DNA of 64,000 nt, taken from Octopus sinensis. Its lineage: Eukaryota. This document shows positions 25,984-38,510 of this stretch, in pieces. Position 1 is the first letter of the stretch. Each line of letters begins with the position of its first letter. Under the pieces are notes generated by a model. The model saw only the letters and a list, made by a program, of their open reading frames with translations. It was not told where the DNA came from and did not search any database. The position numbers were made by a program, and so were the translations under genes. The stretch is from NCBI RefSeq assembly GCF_006345805.1, contig NC_043005.1:21328001-21392000 (forward strand), written 5' to 3'.

Positions 25984-26329
25984 GTAATTATTCTTTGTAT
26001 TTTATTATGTGATTTACTTTTCAGCATTCTCTGATACCTGATTCCCTTTGTACTTCATATTATATACACAACCATTTTTGTCCAGACACTGCCGGGTTTA
26101 TCTATTAGAAGAGACATAAACATTCCAGAAATTAGCAATATTAAGAACTATAAAAACTGTTAGGGCATTTTCATTCAGCATTCTTTTGCCTTGAACACTT
26201 TTATGCATATTTTTAGTTGCTGATTTTTTTTGTGTGTAAGAAATGAAACTTGTGTTCTTTTTTAAAATCTGAGAAATAGTAGTAGCAACAGCAGTGGCAG
26301 TGGTGATGGTGGTAAGAATGATTTCAAAT

Positions 26330-26540
26330 TTCAGCACAAGGTCATCAGTTTTTGAAGGGCAAGTGTTAGTTTATACCACCAACTCCAGTTCTTGACTGCT
26401 GTTATATTGTATCCACATCAGAAGGATGAAAAGGAGTGTTTCCTGACACAGTTTGAACTTGGAATGTAATGAGATGGAAGACATACAGCAAGGTAGTATG
26501 ACTTTTGCATGGTATTTCACCATTTGTTGCTCTGATACAC
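26330..26540 (-). mobile_element. Old SINE copy at an orthologous site in cassettes 2 and 4
   Basis: cacaagg..cagtttt..aactccagtt..ccagaaggatgaaa..gtttgaactt..gaagacatacagcaaggta, matched at 53945-54130 with the same flanks. Confidence 0.65.
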
Positions 26541-27392
26541 AAAGTAATCAAAAAAAGATAATGCCAATCTGTTTAGTTGTATATCTCCCATATGGTTATT
26601 TTGGCTGGATGCCCTTTCTATCACCTACCATTATACCCACATGAAAATAATACATTTCCCATGCTACTTAGAGAAATTTTCTGCTGGGACAAACAAGTTT
26701 TTTTCAACATAAAATAAGAACAATTCCATCATATTAAGAAGAAAACAGCAAATTCACTTATTGATCTCAAGGATTTTATCTTTCCTATTCAAAACCCCAC
26801 ATTCATGATACTTCAAGGAAAATTTACTATATTTTGTGACCTCAATCACAGAAGTGTGCATTACTTTAGACTTGAAGTCAGGTATCAGACAAGTAATACC
26901 TCTAAACAGCTTAATGAAGAGAACAGACACCTTCGTGGGAATTTCAACTCCTACTTTCAAGCTATAATGTGAAACATAGTAGCTAGAGTTAAAAAAAGAA
27001 TATCCAATTTATCCACAGGCAGGAATATATTTGATTTCATTTTTCCTTGTACAATGTGTTTTGTTGGATGAGCTTTTGAGAGAATTTAGTATAAATAAAG
27101 CATCATCAACCTCTACAACTTAAAAAAATTAGAAAAAGAGCAGCTTGGTTCAATACCCTACTCTACCTAAATGTCTCCTTGAACATGGTCAGGAACTTCT
27201 ATCCTGCATTAGACATTTTTCAGGCACATGTTAGTATTACAAGCTTATGAATGTGCATAGTGCTAAAGTTTGTTACTCCTGTTGTGGTACTATTAGTTCC
27301 AGCATGGTATGTTATAGCACAGTGGTTCCTAACCACTTTTTAAATGAGTTTTCCCATGGACCCCTTTTAATATGCTTATCCATATGTGTGTG

Positions 27393-27432
<40 letters not shown>

Positions 27433-28480
27433 ATCATCATCATCGTCATCATTGTTTAACATCCGTTTTCCATACTGGCATGGGTTTGACTGTTTGACTG
27501 AGGTCTGCAGAGCCAGCAGCTGTACCAGGCTCCATTCTGATCTCACAATGTTTCTACAGCTGGATGCCCTTCCTAATGCCAACCACTCCAATGGTGTAGT
27601 GGGTGCTTTTTATGTGCTACCAGTACAGGATTCAGTCAGGCAGGCCTGGCATCAATCACATTTGAATAATGTTTTTTATGCACCACCAGCATGGGGGCCA
27701 GTCAGTGGGTACTGGCATCGGCTACATTCAGATGATGCTTTTTACATGCCACTGGCATGGGAGCCAGTCAGGGGACACTAGCCACTGCTACGATATTGGT
27801 TTTACTTAACTCAACATGTCTTCTCAAGCATATCATATCATTAGGGGTACTTTTTACTGGGCTGGACATGCATGGTTGTTATCTCACTTTAGTTGAGTTT
27901 TCTTAATCACAGTATATCTCCAAAGGTCTCGGTCTCCTGTCATTTCCTTTGTGAGGCCCAATGTACGAAGGTCATGCTTCACCTCCTTATCTCATGTCTT
28001 CCTGAGTCAACCTCTTCTACAGGTTCCTTCCACAGTTAGAGTGGCACTTCCTCACGCAGCTGTTTTCATCCATATGTAACACATGACCATACCAGCACAG
28101 TCGTCTCTCTTGCACACCACATTTGATGCTTCTTATGCCCAACCTTTCTCTCAAGGCACTTACACTCTGTCTTGTATGCACACTGACATTACACATCCAG
28201 CAGATCATACTAGCTTCATTTCTTTCAAGCCTATGCATGTCCTCAACAGTCATGGCCCATGTTTCACTGCTGTGTAGTATGGCAGTTTGCACACATGCAT
28301 CATTCAGTCTACCTTTCATTCTGAGTGAGAAGCCCTTAGTTGCCAGCAGAGGTAGGAGCTCCCTGAACTTTGCCCAGGCTATTCTCATTCTAGCCACTAC
28401 ACTCTCAGAGTAACCAGCCCCACTACAAACTTGGTTGCCTAGGTAGCAGAAGCTATTAACTACTCCTAATTTCTTCCCCG
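27433..28480 (-). mobile_element. RTE LINE 3' part (C-terminal ORF and 3' tail)
   Basis: ORF 28017-28397(-): ARMRIAWAKFRELLPLLATKGFSLRMKGRLNDACVQTAILHSSETW...RRLCWYGHVLHM. (CAT)n tail at about 27435. Confidence 0.85.
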
Positions 28481-28639
28481 GGCATGTGATGGAATTTGTT
28501 TTCTGTACATATTCAGTAGTTCATGGACCCCCAGTACTACCTTCGTGAACTCCAGGGTGGGAACCACTGTTATAACAGGAAAAGCATACACTTATCTAGC
28601 CTTTACACAGATTCCCACCAGTAACAGTCAAAATCAATC

Positions 28640-30300
28640 TACCTTTCCACCGAGAATTCTGCCTAAGATAGTGCTATACTGAGCACCTTTTCATTCCATG
28701 TGATATTGTCTGAAGAACTACATAGAACTTACAACCAGTAGCTTCAGGAAAATGTCATTTAGCAGATATATGCTTTCAAGTTCATGTCCAGAGAAAAGTC
28801 CACCTCACTGTTCAATTTTATCTGGAGGTTCTAGAAACAGGAAAATGATCTCTCCAGCATAAGCTCATGTTCCACTCCTTTGCCAGAGCATATAACTGCA
28901 GCCTTTATTTTTCTGACCAAGCCACAGGAAAACAAAACACATATATACATATACAAGTAGGGTATCTGAATAGGTGAAGCTTTTGTTGCAGAAAATGATG
29001 AGTTTGAGGTTTATCCTACTTGAACTGGGTTACAGGAGAGCCATGTTGGTTAATATAGAAAGTATCACTGACATAGTACAGGATTTTTGAATATAGATTG
29101 AGACAATATTGAAAGAGTATGAAGTATATACAAGATCACACAAAAACTGATGCAAATTGGTGCTCTTAAGCCAAGGCACATGGAGAGATATAAGCCCATA
29201 CTGGCCAGTACTGACTTCTGTCACTACACTGAGAGCTAAATGAAAGTGCTCAAAATCTGGCTTTGAATAGACCTTCAAGTTGATAGGAACTGGGAAGATG
29301 TTAAAACCAAGGCTATTAATTTCACTTAGAAATGGTTTGAGAGGAAGATGCTCTTCAGTAGTTTGATAGAAGTTGTGAACGTACATTTTGATTTGGAGGT
29401 GAACTACTGTCTGACCATTAAACCATGTCTCAATGTACATCAGACCAGACTGAAGAGGATGCTTTCCTAATTATTTTGAAAGAAACACGCTCCACTGGTC
29501 AGAAAATCCATCTGCTGCCACCAACCACTCCATGTCATGTAGCATCCCTGGTGATGCACAGGGATGCTTAGAGGCTGTCACATCTGCAGAAATATCTGGA
29601 TACTGTAACGGTGAGGACAACAGAAAATGCAAGTAAACTGTTGTGCATATCTTTCCGCAACTGAACTGTTGGGCCATGTTACAATTATGAGTCAAGAATT
29701 AACTAGGATTTGGCATTTGGTATCAAGAATGTTGCAAGTGTTTAAAGCACTATACCAGTAGGTCAAAGCCATTAGCAAGAAAACAACTATTGATTTCTAT
29801 GAAAATTGAGTGTGCTAGTAATGATTGATCCTAGGCATCAGCGAGATGAGTCTAAACAGTGTTATCTGAAGGAATTTGGGGTTGGGGACTATGGATAACT
29901 TCAAAAAGTCCTTGGCATTACAATGTTATGTGAGTGGTAGAGGGCATTACTTATTTGAGGCAAGTTCAATAGGCATTGAATTGCCAACAGTTGAGCCTGT
30001 CTAATATACAAACAGGGAAATTAAACTGTTTTGTAAGTCACTGTTCAATGTCCACACAGTAGTGACTTTTGGAGTTTTTTTTATTAGAGAGTTGCTTTTG
30101 AGTGTAGGATGTATCTATACTACTGATCAACACACCACTTTACTTTGAGAGGGGTGGGAGATAATCTTTCTCTGGTTGCTGTGACAAATAGAGTTTGAGT
30201 GGGTGAACTTGTCTAAAAGGTTTCAAGACTAGCATTTTCCTATCTGGCCAAGCTTCCAACAATTTCTTCAAATATATGAAGAGGAAAGTTTGAGTAGAGA
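28640..30300 (+). mobile_element. Decayed L1/Tx1 LINE, ORF2 3' half
   Basis: + strand remnants MKVLKIWL, LQVDRNWEDVKTKAIN, PLVRKSICCHHPL and GTMDNFKKSLALQCY. The 29800-30500 part is matched at 54890-55560. Confidence 0.6.
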
Positions 30301-30959
30301 TATATGTGTGGCCTACTACCATGAGAGTGGCAAGACTGTTGAGTCTGAATGGATCTATGCTAAATATAATTTCCTAAGTAAGAAGAAACCAAAATTGGGT
30401 ACTTTTGATGCCTTTGGAGATGACAGAGTAATTTGGAGTTTGTGTGGGGTTCATACCATAAGACCTTAGGTAAACAACCCTCCTATTGGGGAATTTTCTT
30501 CTTGAAATTTTCATTGACCTTTATTTTTATATCATTGTCTTACATGGCTAATAAAAGAAATTATTAGAAATTTTGTTATTGTTGTCATCATCATCATCGT
30601 TTAACCAGATTGTTAATCCAATAATACAGGAAAGTATACAGCAGAAGCATTATACAGCAGAAGCATTATACAGCAGAAGCATTATAAACAGCAACAAAAG
30701 CAAAAGGGATTCATTAGAGGAAATTATAGAGGCATCAAATCATTGATGCTAGCTATGAGGGCAAGAAAGTGAATCATTGCATTGTTGATCCAAACGAAAG
30801 TAAACTTAGATGCAATGCAACTAAGTTGTAAGTAATAAAAAAGAAGACAAGGCTTGGGTGTCTTCAGAGAAGTGTTTTGTTGGATATACAGAAAAGTAGA
30901 AAGGATAAACTTGATACATTGTATTCAGTATGGCATGTGGCAGAGACATACTATGAATG

Positions 30960-31270
30960 CTTTAGAAAGATTTTCCAAAAGGCATAGATGGCTCGCTTAG
31001 AAGTAGTCAATAACTTCTGTTACCTGGCAGATACAATAAAAAGAGAAGGTGGTTGCTCAGAAAGAATGGTAGCCAGGATAAGAATATGCTGCAAAATGTT
31101 TGGGAAACTATTACCATCTCTGGCCACAAAAGTCTTTGTGTTCAGACTGAAGGGCAGATTGTATGACACTCATGCTAGAACTGCATTATTACATGATAGT
31201 GACACATAGATGTTGAATGCAGTAGACTTGCAAGGACTAGGAAGAAATGAATGCATGTTCTGATAGATTT
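30960..31270 (+). mobile_element. RTE LINE fragment (shared with the cassette 4 copy at about 56480-56700)
   Basis: ORF 30988-31209: LEVVNNFCYLADTIKREGGCSERMVARIRIC..KGRLYD. Confidence 0.75.
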
Positions 31271-31711
31271 GCACGATTTTTATTCCTCAATGTAATGTTT
31301 GTGCCCTTCAATACAAAGCACTAAGGCTACATTGTCAGAACTGAGATGCTTGGGTCCAGTTGTCTAGCTCAAGTGGCTGAGGCACTAACCCATAATTTGG
31401 TCTTTGGTTGACTGAGGAATTCTAAGTTGTTATTTTGTAGATCAATTTATAATAAATTGTCCATTTAAAATAAATCATGCACCCTGCAGAGTGGTTTGTG
31501 TTAGGAAGGTCATCCAGCTGTAAAATCCATGCCAAAACAGACACAGTAGCCTAGGGCTGTTTTTCTACCTGGCTGGCTCCTGTCAACTGTCCTACTCATG
31601 CATGCATGAAAGAAGGACACTAAACAATGATGATGATGATGCTATATATTTGATATGTTTGCTTGAATATAAAATGTCTTTCTCATTTTCTTTTGTTTCT
31701 TTTTTATCTAG

Positions 31712-31945
31712 CCGATGATGAACTTTATATAATTAAAAGAACTTCCATACCAGGGAAGGATACGTTTGGACTGCTGAAAAATGTGAACTTGGAGGAGTGT
31801 CGTCAAGCCTGTCATCAGACTCCAGAATGTAACTCTTTTGACTACAATGAAAGAGCTCAGGTCTGTGATCGAAGTAATGCAACTCACTTGACTTATAACC
31901 TTCAACCCAGCAAATGGGGCTGGGATACTTACATTTTAAACCCAG
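31712..31945 (+). CDS. Exon B7: PAN/apple-like module, class B
   Basis: tctAG|..G|GTcagt, 234 nt. DDELYIIKRTSIPGKDTFGLLKNVNLEECRQACHQTPECNSFDYNERAQVCDRSNATHLTYNLQPSKWGWDTYILNP. Confidence 0.9.
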
Positions 31946-32037
31946 GTCAGTAGAACGTTTTCATTTTAGTTTTTATGTGTGCATGTGTTTTTGTGTTTAT
32001 GTTTATTTAAATAGAGGTTCATGCATGTGTGCAATAT

Positions 32038-33330
32038 ACAGGGTGAATGAATAAACTGTCCTCTAAATTACGCAAAAATAAAAATAACACTGACATCTCA
32101 TTTTGGCAGATATATTAACCAAAATTACATAAAAATATCTTGAAATACTAAAGAGTAAATTTATTCAATAAATTCACTATTGGCTTCAACCACAGCCTCC
32201 AGACGACTTCAGAATTTCCTACAACTCTTCTGGACGGTCTCATTGTTTAAGTTGGTGAATGCTTTCATAATCCTTTCCTTCAGTTCATCTTTGGAGTTAC
32301 AAGGAGTTTTGTTGGTCTCTTACTCAAATGCACCCCACACATAATAATGAAGGGGATTGCAGTCTAGGGAGTTAGATGGCCAGATGTTAGGGGTGGTGTG
32401 GTCACTGAAATTGTCTGACAGCCATGACTGGGTTCCCCTGTTTGTGTAGTGTGGTGCAGAGTCCTGTTGCCAGACACAGGGTCTTTCAGCAGCCACCCTC
32501 TTGACCCAGGGGAGCACTACCTTCTCTAAGCACTTGATGTAGGCCTCTGTGTTAAGTCTGAGGCTGTGTGGGAAGATTAATGGAGGCACAACGTCACCAT
32601 CGCTAGTAATCATTCCAAACACCATGATATTGATTGAATGTTTGTTTTATCACTTTCAGTACTTGTTTTGGGGACACAGCAATCAAACAGTTGTTCACCA
32701 TCTAATCCTGGCAAAAAGTTTTCTCATCTGAGGAAAACCAAAGCATGTTCTGTTGGAGGGGATGATTGAGTTTGTTCAAAAGCTTTGTAGTGTGGTCTTT
32801 CTTTTTGTCCTTGATTATTTGGGATAAAAATTAGCTCTTCCTCATCTTGTATGAGGAATACCAAATGTCTTCATGCACTACCTGCCTGATAAGAAACTCA
32901 GACACTCCCACGTTCCTGGTGATGAACCTGATTGACTTGGAAGGATTGTTGTCAACCATGGCCTGGAAATCACAAACAAATTCAGGAACTTTTTTTCTTA
33001 TTGGAGTGAGTTTTACAAACTACCATACCTTCATAATCACCATTAGATTCATCCAATTCTTTCTTAACCCTCTATATTGTCCTAAGATTGACACCCAAAC
33101 ACTCTGAGATATTCGTACTGGAGTTTCCAGCTTGAATGTCAAGCAGTACAGCATGTTGTTTCCAAATTTCTGGCAGAGTGAATTGTGTCATGCTGCTGTT
33201 TTTCTCACAGACAGTGCCCAAATGACCCTACTATACTGTATAGTCAACAAAATCAAAAACAAACAATGCACATGTGCATAATTAAGAATATAAAATAGCT
33301 ACAATTTACCCATCACACCTTGAGACTAGT
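32038..33330 (-). mobile_element. Tc1/mariner-superfamily transposon, maT-like (DD37D spacing), decayed
   Basis: ORF 32320-32625(-): MVFGMITSDG..WQQDSAPH..IWPSNSLDCNPLHYYVWG. There are 37 residues between the second D and the third catalytic position (now H). TIR-like tacagggtga at 32038. Confidence 0.75.
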
Positions 33331-33434
33331 ATAATTTCTTTTTGTCCCTATATCTAAAAGAATTTACATAAACTGACATGAATTTACATAAACTGACAAG
33401 GCAAGTTAAGTTTAGTCCTCAGTAATTGAGTAAG

Positions 33435-33482
33435 GGTCACTGATGAGGATTAATTAAATCCAAAATCATCGATGATCTGTCT
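33435..33482 (+). ncRNA. Isolated minimal type-I hammerhead relic with a palindromic stem III
   Basis: GGTCA-CTGATGA-GGATT-aatta-AATCC-aAAA-TCATCGATGA-TC-TGTCT. Canonical core with G12 changed to A. Confidence 0.65.
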
Positions 33483-33577
33483 ATCTCACTTGCTGTAGGG
33501 AGCTTGTCTCCTCTTCATTCTCATCCTCCTCCTAACATACAAATATTCTTGATACCAATTTCTATTATCAATTCCAG

Positions 33578-33748
33578 CTCATGCAAATATTAACTGTGGA
33601 GCTCCAAAGGAAGTTGTTAGTGCAGTGAAGACCTACAAAACCGCCACCTATAAATCTGAAGTGACCTATACTTGTCCAAAGGGAGAACAACTAAAGTCCT
33701 TATGTGAAAAGAACAATAAATGGTCTCCAATGGTAAAAACCTGTAAAG
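33578..33748 (+). CDS. Exon S8: compact sushi/CCP-like module
   Basis: tccAG|..G|GTaatg, 171 nt. HANINCGAPKEVVSAVKTYKTATYKSEVTYTCPKGEQLKSLCEKNNKWSPMVKTCK. Confidence 0.9.
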
Positions 33749-34677
33749 GTAATGTAAATAGCTCATCTTCTGTTATCTCTATCTATGTAATTTTGTTTTA
33801 TTTTCAAGTGTCTTTGTCAGAGAAAGGCTGTATGTATGACAGTTTTTCATGGTGTTTATGACTGCTGGTAGAGAGAAAGGGAGTTATTCTCAGACTGTAG
33901 ACCTCTCCAAATGTTTGCTGCTGAGTGAACTCTAGTAATGCTACCCAAAATCCAGGTAATGTTTTTAAATCAGATGATGGATTAAATTAGTCAACCAAGA
34001 GCTGGAAATGTTGAAACTTGTTCTCTCCAGCAGCCATCTACATTGTTTGCATCCACCAAATTTTTTTCCTCAAGGCTTAACTCCCAAGCAAATTTTTAAC
34101 CACAGACAAAACTCCACCCAATACTACATTGTTGTTAAGTAAACTTATTACCCAAACAGCTATAACTCAGCTCATCATGATAGTTTTCCTCTTCATTTCT
34201 CACTTGACCTTTTCTACCTACACTTGTGTCAGCATTTAAAATTCTGTATAATATAATGCTGCAAGTACTCTATTAAAACTGAGAAATCCTGTGAAACAGA
34301 CTTCTGATGCCTTTGTTTTCTCACAGTTCACTACCCTTGACTATAATAATACTAGTAATAATAAAGGTTCCAGATTTGCACAAACTCAACAGTTTTTGGT
34401 CAGAGGTGTTTAGCCAATACTTTCAATCCTACTATTTGATTGATGCCATACTTTATTAGCCTCCACAAGAATGAAAGGCAAGGTTGATCTTCACTTGATT
34501 TGAACTGATAACCAAAAGAGCCTGAATACATATCATATAGCATTTCTTCCAGTTCTCTAATTAGAATACAAGATATTGTTATACATGGGGATAATAATCT
34601 TTTACCACTTAAATACACACACTATTTATTTGATCTTCATTTTAGTTTTTATCATAATATTTTTAGTGTATTTGTAT

Positions 34678-34720
34678 GTCAAAGGTTTTTCATCACATAT
34701 TCTGAGACTTCTTCAGTGAC
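34678..34720 (-). ncRNA. Hammerhead-like motif, canonical core, in the PLE copy 3 repeat
   Basis: Reverse complement: GTCA-CTGAAGA-a-GTCTC-agaatat-GTGAt-GAAA-aacc-TT-TGAC. Confidence 0.6.
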
Positions 34721-34807
34721 TCTGTCCCATGTGTCTCCTCTTATCCTGTCAATTCCATTTTGTTTTTCTGTGGTATGAATCTATATCTGTGCATGTGTTT
34801 ATGTCTA

Positions 34808-34846
<39 letters not shown>

Positions 34847-35666
34847 ATGTCAGTATGTATGTGTGTGTCTCAGAGTTTAGTGTGTGTCCCATGTTCATGT
34901 ATATGGGTTTGTATGTTACACTGTTTATACCTGTCTTTATTTCATCTCTTGCTCATTCTGTCTTAAGTATGTGTATGTGTACCTTGTGTGCATATATAAT
35001 GGGTTTGTATATTATACTGTTTGTACCTGTGTCATCTATTTATTTTCCTCATTCTGTCTTTAGTCACCAGGCTGCACAGTGTGGTGAAAAAGGAGTATTA
35101 TAATTCCACTAGCATTTTCTGTTGTGCCTCGGCCTATCTTCTATTACATGTGTAGTCTCTATAATCTGTCTGAGTGTCATGTTTGTTCTATCATTTAAGC
35201 TGTCAACCAAGCTTCCATATTCTTATTGATCATGTTGGTAGAACACTGACAAATTTGACTCCTGCTTGAGCTCATGCAAGTGTTTACTTATCCACTCACC
35301 TATACTACATGCTGTCTCTCCAATGTACATCATTGACATATTTCAGTACCAGAATGAGGAAAATCAAATAAATGACACAGGTATCAATAGTGTAATATAC
35401 AAACCCTTATATGCACATACATACACATACTAAAAGCAGTATGAGAAACAGAAGCAAAATAACCTAATAAATAAATAAACAACACAAGTAGAAACAGTGT
35501 GGCACACAAACCCATAAGCACACAAATAGACACACACACACACACACATGTGTGTGCCTCATGTAAACACACAAATACTGACATAAATGCATGCACAGAT
35601 AGAGATACAAATCACAGAATGATAAAATGGGATAGGCAGGACATGTGGAGACATATGAGACAGAAA

Positions 35667-35706
35667 ATCACTGATGAGGTCACACACGTGATGAAAAAAC
35701 TTTGAC
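35667..35706 (+). ncRNA. Hammerhead-like motif, canonical core, in the inverted repeat of PLE copy 3
   Basis: aTCA-CTGATGA-g-GTCAC-acac-GTGAt-GAAA-aaac-TT-TGAc. Confidence 0.6.
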
Positions 35707-35949
35707 AAGTGAAGATGAAATAAATAGTGTGTGTATTTAACTGGTAAAAGATGACCATCCCCAAGTATAACAACATACATGTAGTCATTGATAACAAAGA
35801 TAAGGATGATGATACAATCCTATTGAATGTTGAAGTGTCTCTATCTTGAACCAGTTAAAGAATCGTTTCTTTGAAGATCACCCTGAACTTCAAGGATAAA
35901 TGTCCTCTCCAATTATTATACCCTAACTAACAGTTTTATGTGCTCTGGT

Positions 35950-36950
35950 ACCCATCCATTCTTGCCATGTTTTGCCAATTTTACCTCGTTTCCAATAATT
36001 TTCTTGAGGACAGTATCTTCCATGCCATCCTCATTTTCCAAAGTGAAAGTCAGAGTCATTTGATCAACCCCATCCAAGATGCGACCTATTTTGCTGTAGC
36101 TACCAGACAGAGGAAAATTACTTTCTCAGTCTGATTAAAGGGAAGTGTGGGGCATTGACCATGATGCATTTGGTTGAAAGCTACATTCAACCTCCACCTT
36201 ACAAAAGTATTTGACATAATTTCACAAGTTAGCAATGCCTACACAATCAACAAGTGCATGCAAAATGATTTTATTTCATTGCATACATCTTGGAAGAGCT
36301 TGTCTGAGGGTGCTTTCATGACTGTAGATTTTATCTTGGACCAGTAAAGCCCTTTAATAGCTCTGACAAGCCAAGAACTTTAGAAAGTTGACCAAAGTAT
36401 TCCCAGAGGTAAAAGTCTTCCAAAGCAAACTTATTAGTGCATTTTCCATCAATACCCACTAAAACCTTAAGAATGTCAGTTCTATCCCTCCACTAACCCT
36501 AAATAGACAAGCCTAATTAGATTGGAATATCCAACAATTGCGCAGCCAGGTTTGATCCTATATAGTATGTCTTTTGAAGTCCTTAGGATTACATTAGATA
36601 ATCTGGCCTACCCTTTTTAAGAGGTCTGGATGTGATTGAGAGAGATTTTGTTGAGATTTCTAACACATTGGCTGTCCAGACAGGGCCTTTTGCAATGGCT
36701 GGTCTTCAGTAAATTTTGAACTTAATATTGCAAGCTAACTGATCTATAAATCTTTTCCTTTGGTATAATCTGTAGTTTCTCTCAGCACCACCACCTGGTC
36801 ATTCAAGTATTCATGAAAAACGTGGTTAGCAACACTTGATTCAATGTGGTATTTATTTCAATAGCAAACACATACATTTGGCCAGGCTAGATACAGACCA
36901 CATTAATCTCACAAATGTAGAACAGAGGGTAACCTGAAAATTTCATGACA
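35950..36950 (-). mobile_element. Ancient L1/Tx1 relic shared between cassettes (intron S8-A9)
   Basis: Minus strand LLVQDKIYSHESTLRQALPRCMQ*NKIILHALVDCVGIANL. Colinear with 22500-23310 and 50270-51340. Confidence 0.6.
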
Positions 36951-36982
36951 GTTGTTTCTGACATGACTAGCTTTTTGAAATA

Positions 36983-37610
36983 TCATCATCATCATCATCA
37001 TCATCATTTAACGTCTGCTTTCCGTGCTAGCATGGGTTGGACGATTTTGACTGAGGGCTGGCAAACTAGATGGCTGCAACAGGCCCCAATCTTGATTTGG
37101 CAGAGTTTCTACAGCTGGATGCCCTTCCTAACACCAACCACTTTGACGAGAGTGTAGTGGGTGCTTTTTACATGCCACCGGCACGGGGGCTAGTCAGGCG
37201 TTACTGGCAATGATCTCGCTTGAATCTTTTTATATATGCCACCAGCACAGGTGCCAGTAAGGCAACGTTGGTAACGATCACGCTCGAATGGTGCACTTTT
37301 ACGTGCCACTGGCATGGAAGCAAGTTGGCTGCTCTGGCAAGGATCACACTCGGATGGTGCTCTTGGTACCCTACTAGCACGGGCACAAGTGCCAAAAAGG
37401 CGACGCTGGTAACGATCACACTCGAATGGTGCCTTTTATGTGCCACTTTTATGTGCACGGAAGCTGGTTAGCCACTCTGTCAATGATCACGCTTGTATGG
37501 TGCTCTTTGCACCCTGCTAGTATGGATGCCAGTCATCGAATGTGATTTTGATTTTGATTTCACTTGCCTCAACAGGTCTTCGCAAGCAGAGTTTAGTGTC
37601 CAAGGAAGGA
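36983..37610 (-). mobile_element. RTE 3' UTR/tail with internal imperfect tandem units of about 50-100 bp
   Basis: (CAT)n end, catgggttggacgattttgactgaggg, and repeated gtaacgatcacactcgaatggtgc units. Confidence 0.8.
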
Positions 37611-37659
37611 AAAGGTACACATAAGCAGGCTGGTTATGCTCCTGGCATGGGCCAACTCA

Positions 37660-38510
37660 TAATCAGTTATTTAATCATTGTTCATGACCCTAGCGGCTCA
37701 TTAGAGGTAGTAGATAATTTCTGCTAGCTAGGTGACCAAATTAGTAAAGGGGGAGGATGCATGGAGTGTCTGATAGCTGGCTACAAAGGGTTTATCTCAC
37801 AGACTGAAAAGAAGATTGTATGATGCATCTATACAGACAACAATTCTACATGGTAGTGAGACATAGGCCTTGAATTCAGAGGACATGTGAAGGTTAGAAA
37901 GGAATGAGGCTGTTATGCTCCACTGAATGTGTAATGTAAGAGTACATGTTTGACAGGGTGCTAGTGTTTTGAGAGAGAAGTTAGGCATAAGAGGAATTAG
38001 TTGCTGCATGCAAGGGAGAAGACTGCACTGGTTTGATCATGTGATATGGATGGTTGCTGACAGCTCCATAAAGAAGAGCTGATCTCTCATTGTAGATGGA
38101 ACACATGGATGTGAGAGACCTAGGAAGATATGAGACAAAGTACTGAAGAAAAACCCCAGAACACTGAACCTTTCAGGCAAGATGACTAAGGACCGAGATA
38201 CCTGGCACCTTGCTCAACACAAGAAGACCAATACTCTGCAGCAGAAGTGTCAAGACTGGTCCCTCTGGTGGTGTAAAGCACTCCTAGCAGTGCTACATAA
38301 AAGTACTTGTGCAGTGCTATGTAAAATTGCCTGTGCGGTGCCACATAAAAGCACCCAGCACACTCTGTAAAGTGGTTGGCATTAGGAAGGGCATCCAGAC
38401 ATAGAAATCGCACCAAATCAGACTGGAATCAGGTGCAATTCCCCAACTTGCCTGCTCTGGTTAAACCATCCAACCTATGCCTTCATGGACAATGGATGTT
38501 AAATGATGAG
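37660..38510 (+). mobile_element. RTE LINE 3' end (C-terminal ORF remnant and tail)
   Basis: + strand remnants KGLSHRLKRRLYDASIQTTILHGSET and LREKLGIRGI, followed by the tail gtggttggcattaggaagggcatccag..gttaaatgatga. Confidence 0.75.

Larger units (their letters stand above)
34573..35775 (-). mobile_element. Third Penelope-like element (different family): GIY-YIG end plus terminal repeat on the minus strand, with an inverted terminal-repeat copy at its 5' side
   Basis: Minus strand 35345-35100 reads MYIGETACSIGEWISKHLHELK..TLRQIIETTHVIEDRPRHNRK. Repeat 35060-34573(-) matches 35370-35775(+). Confidence 0.75.

Noticed and set aside
25605-26012. Treating the ORF-track ORFs over the exons (e.g. 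8881-9252, 21157-21606, 25605-26012, 43148-43453) as single-exon genes
   Set aside because: Similarity between copies starts at the AG and stops at the GT; the extensions are intron read-through.
30635-30682. 3 x 16-bp repeat tatacagcagaagcat (also 2 x 20-bp at about 33360)
   Set aside because: Ordinary slippage duplications with no link to splice sites or other features.
37200-37510. CRISPR-like array of roughly 50-bp repeated units (also 59880-60060)
   Set aside because: The units are imperfect, lack unique spacers and lie inside the RTE 3' UTR in eukaryotic DNA; no cas genes are present.
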